From an uncultured Oscillospiraceae bacterium (lineage in GTDB: Bacteria > Bacillota > Clostridia > Oscillospirales > Oscillospiraceae), in the NCBI GenBank assembly GCA_964524815.1, contig CAZGFK010000001.1, forward strand, positions 19,871 to 83,870: a stretch of 64,000 nt of DNA, in the 5' to 3' direction. Within the stretch, counting starts at the first letter, position 1; each line of letters starts with the position of its first letter. Under the pieces are notes generated by a model, which saw nothing but the letters and a program-made list of their open reading frames with translations, was not told the DNA's origin and did no database searches. A program made the position numbers and the translations under genes. Below, one piece after another: positions 1 to 9,875 of this stretch.

Positions 1-1591
1 CAACAGCCGCAATCGCATTAATGCCGCCGCCCTTTTTGAGCTGCGCCATAACCTCAATAACGGCCATTGCTTTATTCCGCGCGAAAAGCTTGTTGCCGTT
101 ACGGCTGAGCTCATCAATGTGGAATGTGACGATGTTGAAGAGAGCATAGGCGAGCTTATTGAAACCGGGCAAATAGAATATGAAGAAATCGCCGGGTGCA
201 AGGCTTGCTATCTTCCCGAAATATACGAAGCGGAGACGGACGCGGCAGAGCGCTTGGCAAATATGTGCCGCTGTAAATACTCCGAAAAGGCGAATATTCC
301 AGCGCTCATTGCGCGCATAGAGCGCAAGCAGGGGATTAAATACGCCCCCTTGCAGCAGGAGACCTTGAAGCTTGCTTTGGAAAACAGGCTAGTTGTGATA
401 ACCGGCGGCCCCGGCACGGGCAAAACCACGTCCGTGCGCGCGATTTTGGCGCTTTTTGACGATATCGGCGTTAAAACTCTGCTTACAGCGCCCACGGGGC
501 GCGCGGCAAAGCGCATGAGCGAGCTGAGCGGGGAAGAAGCGGTTACGGTTCACCGCTTGCTCGGCGCTAAGTTTGCCGAGGACGGGGAGCGCGTTGTGTT
601 CACGAAGAATGAAGATGACCTGCTTGATTGCGGCGCTGTGATACTGGACGAATGCTCCATGGTGGATATCACGCTTATGGATGCGCTTTTGCGCGCGTTG
701 CCGGATAATGCCCGCCTTGTAATGGTGGGCGATGCGGATCAGCTTCCGTCAGTCGGCCCCGGCAACGTGTTCTCGGCGGTTATAAGAAGCGAAGTTGTCC
801 CCACGGTGAAGCTTACGGAGATATTCCGCCAAGGGGACGGCAGCAGAATCGTCAGCAATGCACACATGATAAACCGAGGGGAGTACCCAAATCTCGGCGA
901 GAATAAGGGCGACTTTTTCAGATTAAAGCGTTTGCAGGCGGCAAGCTCGGTTGAAACCATTGTTGAGCTTTGCGCCGTTCGTCTCCCCACGAAGATGGGT
1001 ATACCCGCCGAGGATATCCAAGTTCTTTCACCCACAAGAAAAGGGGAGCTTGGCACAAAGAACCTCAACCGTCAGCTACAGCAGCGCTTAAACCCGCCCG
1101 CAGACGGCAAGCGTGAAAAGCTCTTCGGCGAGGTCACTTTCCGCGAGGGCGACAGGGTGATGCAGATAAAGAATAACTATGATATTCTTTGGCGCACCGA
1201 GGATAACAGCGCGGCGGGGAGCGGGATATATAACGGGGATATCGGGCATATAGTTTCGGTAGATACGGAAAGCGAAAGTGTTACGGTGAATTTTGACGGT
1301 CGCTTGGCATCCTACCCCTTTGATTCGCTCTTGGAGCTGGAGCACGCTTGGGCAGTCACCGTGCACAAGTCACAGGGCAGTGAGTACAGAGCTGTTATTA
1401 TTGCGCTCTCTACCTCAACGCATATGCTTTTGACACGTGACGTTTTGTATACCGCTGTCACCCGTGCAAAGGAGCTTTTGATTCTTGTAGGGGACGATCA
1501 GACAGTTTATCAAATGATAGATAATTTCCGCCAGTCCAAGCGCTACACGGCGCTTCGCGTGAGGCTTCGTAAGCTTTGCTCCGTTCAATGA
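1..1591 (+). CDS. recD2: RecD2-type SF1B ATP-dependent DNA helicase, 5'-truncated by the window edge
   Basis: The frame is open from nt 2 to TGA 1589-1591. It carries Walker A GGPGTGKTT, Walker B ILDECSMVD, DADQLPSVGPG, and C-terminal VHKSQGSEY and YTAVTRAK motifs. Confidence 0.9.
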   Translation, partial: NSRNRINAAALFELRHNLNNGHCFIPREKLVAVTAELINVECDDVEESIGELIETGQIEYEEIAGCKACYLPEIYEAETDAAERLANMCRCKYSEKANIPALIARIERKQGIKYAPLQQETLKLALENRLVVITGGPGTGKTTSVRAILALFDDIGVKTLLTAPTGRAAKRMSELSGEEAVTVHRLLGAKFAEDGERVVFTKNEDDLLDCGAVILDECSMVDITLMDALLRALPDNARLVMVGDADQLPSVGPGNVFSAVIRSEVVPTVKLTEIFRQGDGSRIVSNAHMINRGEYPNLGENKGDFFRLKRLQAASSVETIVELCAVRLPTKMGIPAEDIQVLSPTRKGELGTKNLNRQLQQRLNPPADGKREKLFGEVTFREGDRVMQIKNNYDILWRTEDNSAAGSGIYNGDIGHIVSVDTESESVTVNFDGRLASYPFDSLLELEHAWAVTVHKSQGSEYRAVIIALSTSTHMLLTRDVLYTAVTRAKELLILVGDDQTVYQMIDNFRQSKRYTALRVRLRKLCSVQ

Positions 1592-2241
1592 AAAAACTTT
1601 TTGACGCATTATTTGACCTTATGTTTCCACCGCGCTGTCCGTTTTGCCATCGGTTATTGGACGGCGCAACGGCGGTATGCGCGCATTGCGAGCTGAATTT
1701 ACCCTATACGCCGATAGGTGTACTGGATAAACCGGCGGGTAATGTTGATGAATACTACAGCGCCCTTTATTATAAGGGCGTGGCGCGCGAGAGCATATTG
1801 AGATATAAATTCTCCGGTCTATCAATGTATGCCGATTTTTACGCCCCGCTTATGTGCGCTTGCGCTGATGATAGTGAGATTTACGCCGATGTTGTCACAT
1901 GGGTACCCCTAAGCGCGGCGAGACTGCGCACACGCGGCTATGACCAAGCGCGAATGTTGGCTGAGCCTGTGGCGGAATACATGGGGCTTGAATGCGTTCC
2001 GCTTTTGAAAAAGCGGCGAAATAATGCGCCCCAATCGGGGACAAACAGCGCACAGGAGCGGCGGGGCAATGTCCGCGGCGTTTATACCTACATCGGGAGG
2101 GAAAGCCTTGCGGGCAAGTGCGTTTTGCTGATTGATGATGTTGTCACTACCGGCGCAACGCTCGAAGAATGCGCCGAAATTCTCAAAAGAGCGGGCGCGA
2201 AGAAAATATTAGCATTGACGTTAGCCTGTACTATGGATTAA
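1588..2241 (+). CDS. comFC: ComF family protein (phosphoribosyltransferase domain)
   Basis: ATG 1588 overlaps the recD2 stop (ATGA). There is an N-terminal Cys4 finger (CPFC...CAHC) and a PRTase motif VLLIDDVVTTGATL. The ORF-track start at 1576 is a TTG. Confidence 0.85.
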   Translation: MKKLFDALFDLMFPPRCPFCHRLLDGATAVCAHCELNLPYTPIGVLDKPAGNVDEYYSALYYKGVARESILRYKFSGLSMYADFYAPLMCACADDSEIYADVVTWVPLSAARLRTRGYDQARMLAEPVAEYMGLECVPLLKKRRNNAPQSGTNSAQERRGNVRGVYTYIGRESLAGKCVLLIDDVVTTGATLEECAEILKRAGAKKILALTLACTMD

Positions 2242-2286
2242 AATAGAGCCAAGGAAAAAGATAAAGATATTTTTAGGAGAAGCGGC

Positions 2287-3318
2287 ATGAACATATTTGA
2301 AAGAGACATAGCTATTGACTTGGGTACGTCCTCCACGCTCATATTTGAGCAAGGCAAGGGCGTTGTCATGCGCGAGCCGACGGTGGTTGCCGTTGATAAG
2401 TTTTCGGGTAAGATTCTTAAAGTCGGGCAGGACGCGCAGAAGATGTTAGGCCGTACTCCGGCCAACATTGTTGCAATTCACCCACTCAGCTCCGGCGTTA
2501 TTTCCGACTATGAAATCACCGCTCAAATGCTGCGTGACCTTATAAGCCGCATTACCTCGTTCAGCCTTTTTAAGCCCTGCATACTCGCCTGTGTACCCAG
2601 CAGTATAAACGGTGTTGAAGAGCGCGCGGTTATAGATGCCTGCATTGAAGCGGGCGCGAGAAAGGTTTACCTATTGGAAACTGCCGTTGCAACGGCGCTC
2701 GGCGCGGGCGTTGATATCTCCAAGCCCGATGGGCATATGGTTATTGACATCGGCGGCGGCACGACCGAGGTTGCTATTATCTCTGCCGGCGGCGTTGTGG
2801 AATGCGAGTCGATTAAAGTCGCGGGTGAAAGCTTTGATGAAGCTATTGTGCGCTTTATCCGCGAAAAATACAATGTCCGCATAGGGCTCAGCGCGGCGGA
2901 GGAGCTTAAACGCAGTATCGGCTGCATTATCCAGCGCCCTGATGTCGGCATTGAAGAGGTCAAGGGGCAAAACCTCAAAAACGGCTTGCCCAAGTCCGTT
3001 GAGATTAATTCCACCGAGCTTATTGAAGCCTTTGTTGAACCGATGAACCGCATTTTGGATGCCGTTCACGCCGTTTTGGAGCGCACCCCGCCCCAGCTTG
3101 TCGGCGACCTTGACAAAAACGGTATAATCATGTCCGGCGGCGGCAGCCTCATTTACGGTATTGACCGCCTCATTGAGCGCAGCACAAATATCCGCACGGT
3201 TGTGGTGGATGATGCTGTATCTTGTGCGGCCTACGGCGCGGGCAAAATGCTTTTGCACCTTGAAGATATGCAGGACGGCATGATGAACTTCTATCGTAAG
3301 AGACAGCTTAGAGGCTGA
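2287..3318 (+). CDS. mreB: Rod shape-determining actin homologue, MreB/Mbl family
   Basis: An AGGAGA RBS lies upstream. Actin-fold motifs IAIDLGTSST, VIDIGGGTTEV and MSGGGS are present. No mreC/mreD is adjacent. Confidence 0.9.
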   Translation: MNIFERDIAIDLGTSSTLIFEQGKGVVMREPTVVAVDKFSGKILKVGQDAQKMLGRTPANIVAIHPLSSGVISDYEITAQMLRDLISRITSFSLFKPCILACVPSSINGVEERAVIDACIEAGARKVYLLETAVATALGAGVDISKPDGHMVIDIGGGTTEVAIISAGGVVECESIKVAGESFDEAIVRFIREKYNVRIGLSAAEELKRSIGCIIQRPDVGIEEVKGQNLKNGLPKSVEINSTELIEAFVEPMNRILDAVHAVLERTPPQLVGDLDKNGIIMSGGGSLIYGIDRLIERSTNIRTVVVDDAVSCAAYGAGKMLLHLEDMQDGMMNFYRKRQLRG

Positions 3319-3354
3319 TTGAGGCTTTAAATCACCTAAAAAGGGGAATAGCTT

Positions 3355-4113
3355 ATGAATATCAAAAAACTCTTCAAAAAAGCGGAGAAGCTGACGGAGA
3401 AAAAGCAAACCTGCTCTGCTGTCATAGTCGCGGCGGGTTCTGCTCAGCGCATGGGCGCGGATAAGCTCATGCTGGATTTGGGCTGTATGCCTGTGCTTGC
3501 AAGAACGCTTCTTGTCTTTGAAAACTGTGACGTTGTTGATGAAATCATCATTGTCACGCGCATGGATAAGGTTGAGGAAATCGCAACGCTTTGCAAAAAG
3601 TATGGGATTACCAAGGCTGTCAAGGTCATACGCGGCGGCAAAACGCGCATGGAATCCGCGCTCGCAGGTGTGTCCGAGGTAAGCTCCTCGGCCTCTCTCA
3701 TCGCCATACATGACGGGGCGCGCCCCTTGGTGACGGATGAGGTTATCCGCCGCACCGTGGATGCTGCAAAGCTTTATATGGCGGCTGTTCCCGTTATTGC
3801 GTCAACCGACACGCTTAAAACCGTGGATGATAATAACTCCGTTATTGGGTCAGTGGATAGAGAGCATACCGTGCGCGTGCAAACGCCGCAGGTGTTCCAT
3901 GCCGACCTTATAAAGGGTGCGCTTTCCAAGGCTGTGAGTGACGGCCTTACCCTCACGGACGATTGCTCCGCCGTGGAGATAATGGGTGTTAAAACCCACA
4001 CCGTAGAGGGTGACGATGACAACATCAAGCTCACCACACCCCGTGATGTGCTGCTTGCTCAGCTTATACTGCAAAACAGAGGTGATTACAGTGAGGATAG
4101 GACACGGCTATGA
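3355..4113 (+). CDS. ispD: 2-C-methyl-D-erythritol 4-phosphate cytidylyltransferase
   Basis: Carries [13 protein letters not shown] and IHDGARP motifs. It has roughly 20 extra N-terminal residues compared with a typical IspD. Confidence 0.9.
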   Translation: MNIKKLFKKAEKLTEKKQTCSAVIVAAGSAQRMGADKLMLDLGCMPVLARTLLVFENCDVVDEIIIVTRMDKVEEIATLCKKYGITKAVKVIRGGKTRMESALAGVSEVSSSASLIAIHDGARPLVTDEVIRRTVDAAKLYMAAVPVIASTDTLKTVDDNNSVIGSVDREHTVRVQTPQVFHADLIKGALSKAVSDGLTLTDDCSAVEIMGVKTHTVEGDDDNIKLTTPRDVLLAQLILQNRGDYSEDRTRL

Positions 4114-4564
4114 TGTTCACAGGCTCGTCGAGGGGCGAAAGCTGATTCTCGGCGGGGTTGAAATTCCCTTTGAAAAAGGGCTTTTGGGGCATTCCGATGC
4201 CGATGTACTCACCCATGCTTTAATGGATTCTCTGCTCGGCGCGGCGGCCTTGGGCGATATAGGCAAGCTCTTTCCCGATAATGACGATGCCTTTCTCGGC
4301 GCGGACAGTGTAGAGCTTTTGCGCCGTGTGTGCGAAGTCATTTCCCAAAGCGGCTACAGCATCGGGAATGTGGACTGCACCGTCCTTGCGCAAAGGCCGA
4401 AGCTTGCCCCTTACATTCCCCTCATGCGTGAGCGTCTTTCCGAGGCTATGGGGCTTGACATTTCCCACGTCAGCGTTAAGGCAACTACCGAGGAGCACTT
4501 GGGCTTCACCGGCGAGGGGCTTGGCATCGCGGCGCACAGCGTAGCGCTTTTGATCGAGAGCTGA
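4091..4564 (+). CDS. ispF: 2-C-methyl-D-erythritol 2,4-cyclodiphosphate synthase
   Basis: GTG 4091 gives [12 protein letters not shown], the canonical IspF N-terminus, and [11 protein letters not shown] follows. It overlaps the ispD 3' end by 23 nt in another frame. The upstream extension in the ORF track (start 4010) is unlikely. Confidence 0.9.
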   Translation: MRIGHGYDVHRLVEGRKLILGGVEIPFEKGLLGHSDADVLTHALMDSLLGAAALGDIGKLFPDNDDAFLGADSVELLRRVCEVISQSGYSIGNVDCTVLAQRPKLAPYIPLMRERLSEAMGLDISHVSVKATTEEHLGFTGEGLGIAAHSVALLIES

Positions 4565-4627
4565 ACCGCGCGCGTAATTCCGGCATAAGATGTACTGGTA
4601 TCTGTGCCTTAATAATTGCAACAATAT

Positions 4628-4667
4628 CACCCGCAGGGCATGGACAGTGCTTTGCGGGTGCTTTTTT
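4628..4667 (+). terminator. Intrinsic terminator after ispF
   Basis: Stem CACCCGCA (4628-4635) pairs with TGCGGGTG (4653-4660), followed by CTTTTTT. Confidence 0.75.
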
Positions 4668-4686
4668 AATGAGATGGGGTTATAGC

Positions 4687-4938
4687 ATGACACAATATCT
4701 TATTATGTGCACTTCGCTCACTGCCGCCCAGCGCGCGCAGAGGCAGCTTGAGAATATAGGGATATCAGCTTCAACCGTCAAAGCACCGCAAGGGTTAAAT
4801 ACGCGCGGCTGCGGCTATGCAGTCTCTGTTTACCGCCGCGCGGGTGAAGCGATAAGCCACCTACACACGAAAAACATGGTTAACGGCAAAATCTTTCGCC
4901 GCGAAGAGGACGGGACTTACACCGAGGTGAAATCATGA
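4687..4938 (+). CDS. DUF3343-like small protein (putative S/Se carrier fold)
   Basis: MTQYLIMCTSLTAAQRAQRQLENIGISASTVKAPQGL..GCGYAV matches the family pattern (alpha-beta unit plus a CG motif). Its stop overlaps the start of the downstream aminotransferase (ATGA). Confidence 0.65.
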   Translation: MTQYLIMCTSLTAAQRAQRQLENIGISASTVKAPQGLNTRGCGYAVSVYRRAGEAISHLHTKNMVNGKIFRREEDGTYTEVKS

Positions 4939-6065
4939 TTTATCTTGACTCGGCGGCGACAAGCCTTATAAAACCGGCGAGCGTGGAGCGCGCTTCATTG
5001 CGCGCTCTTCGCACTATGGCAAGCCCCGGCAGAGGCGGCCACGCTCCGGCAAAGCTCGCGGCGGAAGAGGTGTTTTCCTGCCGCGAAAGGGCGGCAGAGC
5101 TATTTAATCTTGATGACCCGGCGCGCGTTGTGTTCACCATGAACGCCACCCATGCGCTCAATATTGCGATAAACTCACTTTGTGAAAAGGGCGAGCGCGT
5201 TGTGATAAGCGGCTTTGAGCATAATTCCGTCATGCGCCCGCTAAATGCCTTGAATGCCGATATTCGCGTTGCGGCAACTCGGCTATTTGACAAAGATGAG
5301 GCTTTGGAGAGCTTTGAAAGAGAGCTCCCGCGGGCAAAACTTTGCGTGTGTACGCACGTTTCCAATGTTTTCGGTTATATTTTGCCGATATATGAAATAG
5401 GTGAGCTTTGCCGGGCGCATAACGTGCCTTTTATAGTGGATGCTTCGCAATCGGCGGGCATTTTGGATGTTAACGCCGCGCGCCTCAACGCCGATTTTAT
5501 TGCAATGCCCGGGCATAAGGCGCTTTTCGGCCCGCAGGGGACGGGGATTTTGCTATGTATGACAGATAGGGCAAAGCCGCTTGTGCATGGCGGATCGGGT
5601 TCTGACAGCATTGAGCAGCATATGCCCGAATATCTCCCCGATATGCTCGAAGCGGGGACGCACAATGTTTGCGGTATTGCCGGGCTTCGCGCAGGACTTG
5701 AATATATTAAATGCGTAGGTCGTGAAAAAATTCTTCGGCATGAAAACGCCCTCTTGAAGCTCATAAATAATGAGCTTGACGGTATAGATGGCTTGGAGCT
5801 ATTCACGGGCGAAGAGGGAACACAGTGCGGTGTTTTGTCCGTTCGCTGCGATTATATAAACAGCGAAGTGCTGGCGCAGTATTTAGCCGAGCGCGGCGTG
5901 TGCGTGCGCGCGGGACTTCATTGCTCGCCGCGCGCGCATATGAGCGCAGGTACGCTCGAATCAGGCACGGTGCGATTGAGCTTTTCACCCTTTATCGGCG
6001 AAAATGAGGTGAAAAAAGCCGCCGAAATCATAAGAGATATACTGCAACGCGAGAAAAAGATATAA
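4935..6065 (+). CDS. Class V aminotransferase, cysteine desulfurase / selenocysteine lyase-like
   Basis: The N-terminus is IYLDSAATS. FIVDASQSAG and a MPGHKALFGPQGTG PLP-lysine region are present. At 376 aa it is the typical size of the cysteine-desulfurase-family proteins of Clostridia. Confidence 0.85.
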   Translation: MIYLDSAATSLIKPASVERASLRALRTMASPGRGGHAPAKLAAEEVFSCRERAAELFNLDDPARVVFTMNATHALNIAINSLCEKGERVVISGFEHNSVMRPLNALNADIRVAATRLFDKDEALESFERELPRAKLCVCTHVSNVFGYILPIYEIGELCRAHNVPFIVDASQSAGILDVNAARLNADFIAMPGHKALFGPQGTGILLCMTDRAKPLVHGGSGSDSIEQHMPEYLPDMLEAGTHNVCGIAGLRAGLEYIKCVGREKILRHENALLKLINNELDGIDGLELFTGEEGTQCGVLSVRCDYINSEVLAQYLAERGVCVRAGLHCSPRAHMSAGTLESGTVRLSFSPFIGENEVKKAAEIIRDILQREKKI

Positions 6066-6092
6066 AGTTATTTTAAACGACGATTTAACCTG

Positions 6093-6121
6093 TTGCCTTT
6101 TTCGGCGTTTTGGATTATAAT
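6093..6121 (+). promoter_or_regulatory. Sigma-A type promoter candidate for cdaA
   Basis: TTGCCT (6093-6098), a 17-nt spacer, then TATAAT (6116-6121), about 55 nt upstream of the cdaA ATG. Confidence 0.5.
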
Positions 6122-6174
6122 AACACGATATAATATACACTTGATATTTACGCGAAAGAACGGGGAAACCTTGC

Positions 6175-7050
6175 ATGGAAGTTATCGGCAGCGCCTTGGA
6201 AAAAGCGACAAAATATTTAATGACTATCGGCATATCCGATTTCATTGATATCATCATTGTTGCCTTTATCCTTTATAAGTCCATATGGTTTGTCAGAAAG
6301 ACCAATTCCCGCAACCTCGCCTTGGGCATTGTGTTCATTGTCGTGGCGTTGTGGCTTTCATCCGAAGAGGTTTTGGGGCTGACAATGATCAATTATCTTC
6401 TGCGCAAGGCCGTGGAATTGGGGCTTATCGCGCTGCTGATTCTCTTCCAGCCGGAGCTTCGCCGTCTGCTTGAGCGCATGGGGAGCACATTTTCCAGCGG
6501 CCGAGCGGCAAGCAGCACTGTGTTGGAAGAGGCGATAGAGCAAACCGTACAAGCCTGCTCCGATATGTCTGCCGCGAAAACGGGCGCGCTTATAATCTTT
6601 GAGCGCAGCGTTAACCTTACGCACATCATGAGCACCGGCACGGTTATCAATTCCTCCGTTTCCGCCGAGCTTTTGAAGAACATTTTTTTCAATAAAGCAC
6701 CCTTGCATGACGGCGCGGTTATTATCCGCGATGCGAAAATCGCCGCCGCCGGGTGCGTTCTCCCGCTGACGCAGCTTACCAATCTCAGCAAAGAACTGGG
6801 TATGCGCCACCGCGCCGGAATAGGCATGAGCGAAAATTCCGATGCCGTTGTTGTAATAGTCTCGGAAGAGAGCGGCGCTGTGTCCGTTGCTATTGACGGT
6901 ATGCTTAAAAGGCATCTTACTCCGGACAGGCTCAACGCCCTTTTGCATGAAGAGCTTGTTAAGCCCGAGGATGAATCCGGCAACAGCATATTAAACCACG
7001 TGAAAAAGTACTTAAGCAATCTTACAAAAAATGAGGACAAGGCACGATGA
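6175..7050 (+). CDS. cdaA: Diadenylate cyclase CdaA (membrane-anchored DAC domain)
   Basis: Three N-terminal hydrophobic helices are followed by DisA_N motifs GALIIFER, APLHDGAVIIRD, GMRHRAGIG and VVIVSEESG. Confidence 0.93.
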   Translation: MEVIGSALEKATKYLMTIGISDFIDIIIVAFILYKSIWFVRKTNSRNLALGIVFIVVALWLSSEEVLGLTMINYLLRKAVELGLIALLILFQPELRRLLERMGSTFSSGRAASSTVLEEAIEQTVQACSDMSAAKTGALIIFERSVNLTHIMSTGTVINSSVSAELLKNIFFNKAPLHDGAVIIRDAKIAAAGCVLPLTQLTNLSKELGMRHRAGIGMSENSDAVVVIVSEESGAVSVAIDGMLKRHLTPDRLNALLHEELVKPEDESGNSILNHVKKYLSNLTKNEDKAR

Positions 7051-8282
7051 AAAAACTTTATGACAGCCGCGCTTTTTGGATGGTCGTGTCTCTTCTCGCC
7101 TCGCTTGCGATGTGGGTTTATGTCACGAGTATGCAATCCACGGAGTTTACGCAAACCTTTTACGGCGTAGAGGTTCAGCTCGTTGGAGAGGACACTCTTC
7201 GCGACAGCCGCAACATGGTTATTACGGATTTGGATACATCTACCGTCACCGTGCGCGTGCGCGGGCCGCGCCGCATAGTCGCGGGCCTGGATGTATCTGA
7301 TTTGAAAGCGTGTGTGGACGTGAGCAAGCTTTCCCGCTCGGCATACACGACACAGCAGTATTATATTTCCTACCCTGACGGCACGGACACTGCGGATATT
7401 AACGATTCTTATAAATCCCCAAGCACCGTCAGCTTTATGGTTTCCCCCCTCAACACGAAAACCGTGCAGGTGCGCGGTAGCTTTGACGGCTCGCTTGCCG
7501 AGGGGTACACCGCCGAAACGCCGGTTTTTGAACCGGCTACGATTACCGTTTCCGGCGCGGAAGCGGATTTGAAAGATGTTTCCTACGCTTGGGTCACGTT
7601 CGGCAAGGACAAGGTTGACAGCACCTATAAGGTCGAAACGGGCTTTACGCTGATGAATGAACGCGGGGAAGAGTGCTCCACCGTCGGCCTTACGTGCTCG
7701 GACGATGTTGTTACGGCCACGTTGCCCTTGCTTCTTGTCAAGGAAATCCCGCTTGCGGTTGATGTTATAGAGGGTGCGGGCGCAACCAAGGCGAATGCAA
7801 AAATCAAAATCGAGCCTGACAGCATTACGCTTGCGGGCGATTCCGCTGTGCTTTCCGGCATGAATAAGATAGTGCTTGACACTATTGACCTTACCGATTT
7901 TGAAAAGACCCTCAGCATGACGTATACCATTCCTATTGATAACGAGATGAACAACCTCACCGGCGTGTCCGAGGCCAAGGTTACGGTTGAGATAGTCGGC
8001 CTTGAAACGAAGAGCTTTAAGGTCAAGAACATTTCCTGCACCAATGTTACCGAGGGCTACACCACCGAGATTATTTCCGAGAGCATTGACGTTATGATGC
8101 GCGGAACACCCGAAAGCTTAAGCCAGCTCAAGGGCGACAATATCCGCGCCGTTGCGGATTTGACAGATTATAATGAATCCGCCGGGCAGTTTATGCCGAG
8201 CGTGAAGATAGTGGTTGACGGGTTTACCGATGTCGGCGCTGTCGGACAAAACACGATTTCCATTGAAATAAAAAAGTCATAA
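7047..8282 (+). CDS. cdaR: CdaA regulatory protein CdaR (YbbR repeat protein)
   Basis: ATGA overlap with cdaA. There is an N-terminal TM helix followed by repeated beta-rich YbbR-like modules. The position directly downstream of cdaA is conserved. Confidence 0.85.
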   Translation: MKKLYDSRAFWMVVSLLASLAMWVYVTSMQSTEFTQTFYGVEVQLVGEDTLRDSRNMVITDLDTSTVTVRVRGPRRIVAGLDVSDLKACVDVSKLSRSAYTTQQYYISYPDGTDTADINDSYKSPSTVSFMVSPLNTKTVQVRGSFDGSLAEGYTAETPVFEPATITVSGAEADLKDVSYAWVTFGKDKVDSTYKVETGFTLMNERGEECSTVGLTCSDDVVTATLPLLLVKEIPLAVDVIEGAGATKANAKIKIEPDSITLAGDSAVLSGMNKIVLDTIDLTDFEKTLSMTYTIPIDNEMNNLTGVSEAKVTVEIVGLETKSFKVKNISCTNVTEGYTTEIISESIDVMMRGTPESLSQLKGDNIRAVADLTDYNESAGQFMPSVKIVVDGFTDVGAVGQNTISIEIKKS

Positions 8283-8292
8283 GGAGATAGAT

Positions 8293-8715
8293 ATGACAAA
8301 TGAGGGTGTTGTAACAAAGCTTATGCCCAAGGGCATGGCCGAGGTCGCGGTTACGCGTGCAACGGCTTGCGGGGGAAGCTGCTCAAGCTGTGAGGGCTGT
8401 ATGTACGAGCGCGAGATGAAAGCCCTCGCGAAAAACCTTGTCGATGCAAAGCCCGGCCAAAAGGTCGTGATAGAAAGCCGCACATCCGTTATCTTCAACG
8501 CGGCGCTTTTGGTGTACGTTATGCCGTTGGTTTTCTTCATCGCGGGCTATGCCGTGTCGGCGCTGCTCGGCGCGACTGAAGGCGTATGCATTGCAGTGAG
8601 CTTTCTTGCGCTTTTGTTGAGTGCTGTGCTCCTTGTCGTTACCCAGCGCAGGAAAAAGCAGCAGTCAATTGATTTTAATATAATCGAGATATGTGAGGAC
8701 AAGCAGAATGATTAA
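8293..8715 (+). CDS. RseC/MucC-family (SoxR-reducing system) small membrane protein
   Basis: The N-terminal Cys cluster ACGGSCSSCEGC is followed by two TM helices. The 140-aa size and layout are typical of the RseC family. Confidence 0.7.
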   Translation: MTNEGVVTKLMPKGMAEVAVTRATACGGSCSSCEGCMYEREMKALAKNLVDAKPGQKVVIESRTSVIFNAALLVYVMPLVFFIAGYAVSALLGATEGVCIAVSFLALLLSAVLLVVTQRRKKQQSIDFNIIEICEDKQND

Positions 8716-9586
8716 AAGTATGACCGGATACGGTTCTGCCAAGGGTCAGGCAGACGGCTTTGAAATAACGGTTGAGCTTAAAAGCGTCAATAACCGCTAT
8801 TTAGACACTTCCGTGAGGCTGCCCCGCAGCTTCATCTTCGCCGAGGATGCGGTTAAATCTGCTGTCCAGTCCCACATCAGCCGAGGCAAGGTGGATGTAT
8901 TTGTTTCTATTGATACCTCGGCCGCAAACGATATGACCGTCAAGGTCAATGAGCCGCTTTTAAAAGGCTATATCGAGGCGATACGTCATATATCCGAGGA
9001 ATATAATCTCCACGATGACCTTACCGCGCTTTCTGTCAGCCGTTTTCCCGATGTGTTGAGCGTTGAGCGGCGCGATGTGGACGCAGAGGAGATTTCCGCC
9101 GCGATTAAGGCCGTTTGTGAACAGGCGCTTGCCGATTTTGACGCAATGCGTCTCAGAGAAGGCGAAAAGCTTCGCGAGGATGTATTGAATCGCCTCGGCA
9201 CTATAGATGAATATGTCACGCAGATAGAGCGCGAAGCGCCCAAAACGGCGGCGGATTACCGCGCGCGCTTGGAGCAACGCATGGCAGAAGTGCTCGGCAC
9301 GGCCGGGATTGACGAAAGCCGAATCCTTGCGGAAGCCGCGATCTTTGCCGACCATATAGCCGTTGACGAGGAAACCGTGAGACTGCGTAGCCACATGGCT
9401 CAGCTTAAAACCATGATAAACGGCAGCTCGCCCACGGGCAGAAAAATTGATTTTCTCATTCAGGAATTTAACCGCGAAGCAAACACCATAGGCTCTAAAT
9501 GCCAAAACTCCGATATCGCCCATGTCGTTGTAGAGCTTAAGTCCGAAATAGAAAAAATACGCGAACAGATACAGAATATAGAGTAA
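8708..9586 (+). CDS. yicC: YicC family stress-induced protein
   Basis: MIKSMTGYG is the canonical YicC N-terminus. The C-terminal DUF1732-like [12 protein letters not shown] is present. It overlaps the rseC-like stop by 8 nt. Confidence 0.9.
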   Translation: MIKSMTGYGSAKGQADGFEITVELKSVNNRYLDTSVRLPRSFIFAEDAVKSAVQSHISRGKVDVFVSIDTSAANDMTVKVNEPLLKGYIEAIRHISEEYNLHDDLTALSVSRFPDVLSVERRDVDAEEISAAIKAVCEQALADFDAMRLREGEKLREDVLNRLGTIDEYVTQIEREAPKTAADYRARLEQRMAEVLGTAGIDESRILAEAAIFADHIAVDEETVRLRSHMAQLKTMINGSSPTGRKIDFLIQEFNREANTIGSKCQNSDIAHVVVELKSEIEKIREQIQNIE

Positions 9587-9599
9587 GAGTAGGCCGAAG

Positions 9600-9875
9600 A
9601 TGAAGCTTATTAATATTGGATTCGGTAATTTCATATCTGCCGAGCGTATGATAGCCGTCGTCAGCCCCGAATCTGCGCCCATTAAGCGCATGATACAGGA
9701 TGTGCGCGAAAAGGGCTTGCTTATAGATGCGTCCTTCGGGCGCAGTACAAAAGCCGTCATAATCATGGATAGCGGGAACGTCATACTGTCTGCATTAACT
9801 CCCGATGCCTTTGCGCAGAGAGTGCGGACAGAGAATATAAATGATGCTGAGGAGGATAAAGGACGAAATGAATGA
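9600..9875 (+). CDS. remA: RemA / DUF370 regulator
   Basis: [33 protein letters not shown]...[10 protein letters not shown] is highly characteristic. It sits in the conserved yicC-remA-gmk-rpoZ order. Confidence 0.9.
   Translation: MKLINIGFGNFISAERMIAVVSPESAPIKRMIQDVREKGLLIDASFGRSTKAVIIMDSGNVILSALTPDAFAQRVRTENINDAEEDKGRNE

Noticed and set aside
2671-3711. A 346-aa ORF antisense to mreB and ispD.
   Set aside because: It is codon-aligned antisense to both genes, because mreB and ispD happen to share a frame. There are no start signals, and the sense-strand genes are unambiguous.
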